Shown here piece after piece: positions 7,276 to 8,953 of a DNA stretch of 8,953 nucleotides. Origin of the DNA: Octopus sinensis (lineage: Eukaryota); the NCBI RefSeq assembly GCF_006345805.1, contig NW_021828254.1, positions 1-8,953 of the forward strand, written 5' to 3'. Below the pieces are notes generated by a model, which was given only the letters and a program-made list of their open reading frames with translations, ran no database searches and was not told where the DNA came from. Each line of letters opens with the position of its first letter. Position 1 is the stretch's first letter. Both the position numbers and the translations under genes were made by a program.

Positions 7276-8633
7276 CTCGTCAAGTTTTGGTGACTGTCCT
7301 CCATAACGAGCGCCACCAGTTCCAGTAAATTTTTAAACGTTTTTTTAGTCGTCGTTTTCGATTTAAGATGGAGGTCCTCCAGTTTTGCTTTTAAATGTTC
7401 AATTGCATTTGTCTTTTCATCTGCCACCTGTATGTTGCATGGTGGTTGTCCCGGGTTTGATTTGGAAGTGTCCCCGAGTTTCATGCCTTTTTTGGGTTGA
7501 GTCATATATTCGGTTGTGTTTACGCCTTGTTCCAACTTTAATTTTGGTTTTTGCGTAGATATAGTGGGTGTCGCAGTTTTCAAAGTGTTTGACATGGATT
7601 CAGAGATATCGTCAGTCTGAACCTCAGCATCCACGAATTTTGTACTTTTATTAAAGTTCCATCCTTTCCAGGTATTTTGTACTTTCACGTTTCCTGTTTC
7701 AGTTTTGATCGTTTTTCCTTGTATTTTCATTGCGGGAGATGTATCAAATTTCAGTTTAGTAGACTGATCTGTAGTTTTCCGAGGTAATCTCTTTTTAAGA
7801 AGCTCCTTGACAACAGGACATCCTCCATAGTTGGCCATGTGTGTTGAGGATCCACAGTTTATGCACTTGGTAGGGTAGTTTCCAGTCAGAGGACATTCCG
7901 AACGGGTATGTGGGCCCTCACAAATGAGACATCTCACTTTTTCTTTACAGAACCGTGAGATATGTCCGAAACGCTGGCAGCGGAAACATTGCGTGTCTGG
8001 TTGCTTGTACCAACTACAGAAAATTTCGCGGAAACCAATTTTCAACCCCATTCGTATGAGAGAGGCTGCTTCACCCCTAGAGGGGATGGTCACTTTAGCC
8101 AGAGGAAGTGGACTTCCATTTCGGAAAAATCTCTCAACCAAAAACCCCGGAGAGATTAGTTTACCCAGATACTTTACAAGTTCCTCGGTTCCAACCCAGT
8201 TCGGGAGGTTCCTAAGCATTATCGCGGACGCACGTGGCTTTGCCTCCTCGATTTTGTGGCCATTTGGTCCAAAGGGCTGGGTATACTTACAGTAGTCAAC
8301 AAAGGCCGAAAGATCCTCTTTACTTTTGAAATCCAAAACGTAGTCGCCCGAGTGACGACGTGTCACTCGAGCCTTACAAGCGATTTCACAACCACAAAGT
8401 GTGTTTGCTATCTCAATAGAATCGAGCTCTGAGTTGTGTATTGATAGTACAATACTCAGGCATACAGATGGCACGGAGGCCGGGATAGATGGCACGGAGG
8501 CCGAGATAGATGGTACAGAGGTCGAGATAGAAGGCACAGAGGCCGAAATAGAGCGCACAGAAGCCGAGATTGATGGCACAGAAGCCTGGATATTCGGGGA
8601 TTTAAAATTCTTCTTGGATTTTGAATAATTCAT
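7272..8633 (-). CDS. ORF1: gag-like nucleic-acid-binding protein, 453 aa
   Basis: It has three knuckles (CFRCQRFGHISRFC, CLICEGPHTRSEC, CINCGSSTHMANYGGC) preceded by an RRM/PRE_C2HC-like segment (IMLRNLPNWVGTEELVKYL). Its stop overlaps the ORF2 ATG (ATGA, 7275-7272). Confidence 0.92.
   Translation of the reverse strand: MNYSKSKKNFKSPNIQASVPSISASVRSISASVPSISTSVPSISASVPSIPASVPSVCLSIVLSIHNSELDSIEIANTLCGCEIACKARVTRRHSGDYVLDFKSKEDLSAFVDYCKYTQPFGPNGHKIEEAKPRASAIMLRNLPNWVGTEELVKYLGKLISPGFLVERFFRNGSPLPLAKVTIPSRGEAASLIRMGLKIGFREIFCSWYKQPDTQCFRCQRFGHISRFCKEKVRCLICEGPHTRSECPLTGNYPTKCINCGSSTHMANYGGCPVVKELLKKRLPRKTTDQSTKLKFDTSPAMKIQGKTIKTETGNVKVQNTWKGWNFNKSTKFVDAEVQTDDISESMSNTLKTATPTISTQKPKLKLEQGVNTTEYMTQPKKGMKLGDTSKSNPGQPPCNIQVADEKTNAIEHLKAKLEDLHLKSKTTTKKTFKNLLELVALVMEDSHQNLTR
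8466..8591. repeat. 6 x 21-bp coding minisatellite in the ORF1 N-terminus
   Basis: Units resembling agatggcacrgaggccgagat start at 8466, 8487, 8508, 8529, 8550 and 8571. They encode IQASVPS/ISASVRS/ISASVPS/ISTSVPS/ISASVPS/IPASVPS. Confidence 0.95.
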
Positions 8634-8670
8634 TGTGAAATTGTTATTAGTATTTTTCTTTTATTTTGCT

Positions 8671-8700
8671 CACAAGAACACCACGTCACAAACACCACGT
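8671..8700 (-). promoter_or_regulatory. Tandem motif in the LINE 5' UTR, possible internal promoter
   Basis: cacaagaacaccacgt / cacaaacaccacgt. The minus strand has ACGTGGTGTT twice, including CACGTG and GACGTG, within 40 nt of the element start. The promoter role is inferred from LINE biology. Confidence 0.4.
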
Positions 8701-8708
8701 GATTAAAA

Positions 8709-8722
8709 ATGCGATCATATAA
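8709..8722. repeat. Target-site duplication, right copy (LINE 5' side)
   Basis: atgcgatcatataa is identical to 4576-4589. Confidence 0.92.
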
Positions 8723-8953
8723 AGTCCTCAATTGCCCCTGATTTCTTTCCGTCCTCAAACCATGACTAGAAACGTTCTGACGGATGAACTTATTTCCTTT
8801 TAAAATCGGAATAGTATCGTATGGACGCAACCTGTTGGGATACATTTTGGCATCACAATAACTTCCTCTGCTCTTGAGGCTAAATCTGCTGCTAAGAAGG
8901 CTGAAGATTTAAACCTAACCAAATGTTTCGGCCTTACGGATAAGTTTTTGTGA
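8723..8953 (+). pseudogene. CRE-clade non-LTR retrotransposon fragment D (restriction-like endonuclease)
   Basis: Across 1-nt frameshifts: KRSDG*T (8770-8790) / LFPFKIG / SIVW / DATCWDTF / TSSALEAKSAAKKAEDLNLTKCFGL, matching KRPDG.TLFP..G..L.WDATC.DT..AA..AE..K..KY..L. Confidence 0.8.

Larger units (their letters stand above)
4590..8708 (-). mobile_element. Full-length APE-type non-LTR retrotransposon (I group, Jockey-like), 4119 bp
   Basis: It comprises a 75-nt 5' UTR, gag-like ORF1, APE-RT ORF2, a 98-nt 3' UTR and a short tail, all bracketed by a 14-bp TSD. It is visibly more GC-rich than its flanks. No RNase H or C-terminal CCHC was seen in ORF2. Confidence 0.93.

Noticed and set aside
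8466-8591. Regular repeats considered as a CRISPR array
   Set aside because: The units are head-to-tail with no unique spacers, they are in-frame coding, and the context is eukaryotic.
8401-8628. Plus-strand ORF with acidic DGTEAEI repeats, and the other short ORFs antisense to the LINE (4940-5158, 5436-5735, 6321-6650, 6656-6934, 7024-7221, 7924-8295)
   Set aside because: These are shadow frames of ORF1 and ORF2 with no independent motifs.

Overview
This is eukaryotic, AT-rich DNA made almost entirely of transposable-element sequence, and I see no recognisable host gene. (1) A full-length ~4.1 kb APE-type non-LTR retrotransposon (I group, Jockey-like) lies on the minus strand at 4590-8708, bounded by a 14-bp target-site duplication. 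Its ORF1 is intact (three CCHC knuckles, N-terminal 7-aa repeat). Its ORF2 (APE endonuclease + RT) is broken by one frameshift. Its 3' UTR has a hairpin and a (TTCA)2 tail. (2) The rest is a patchwork of short degenerate fragments: four CRE-clade (RLE-type) non-LTR pieces, three KRBA2/SCAND3-type (Ginger-like) DDE integrase pieces, and Buster/Charlie hAT pieces (transposase remnant, a ~155-bp duplicate, one TIR). The ORF track misses most of these. The most unusual signal is that two integrase remnants are interrupted by 25- and 27-nt GT-AG segments whose removal restores conserved integrase motifs. This points to intron-containing integrase-type DNA transposons in a host with ultrashort spliceosomal introns. 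All family calls come from motif recognition by eye; no database search was run.
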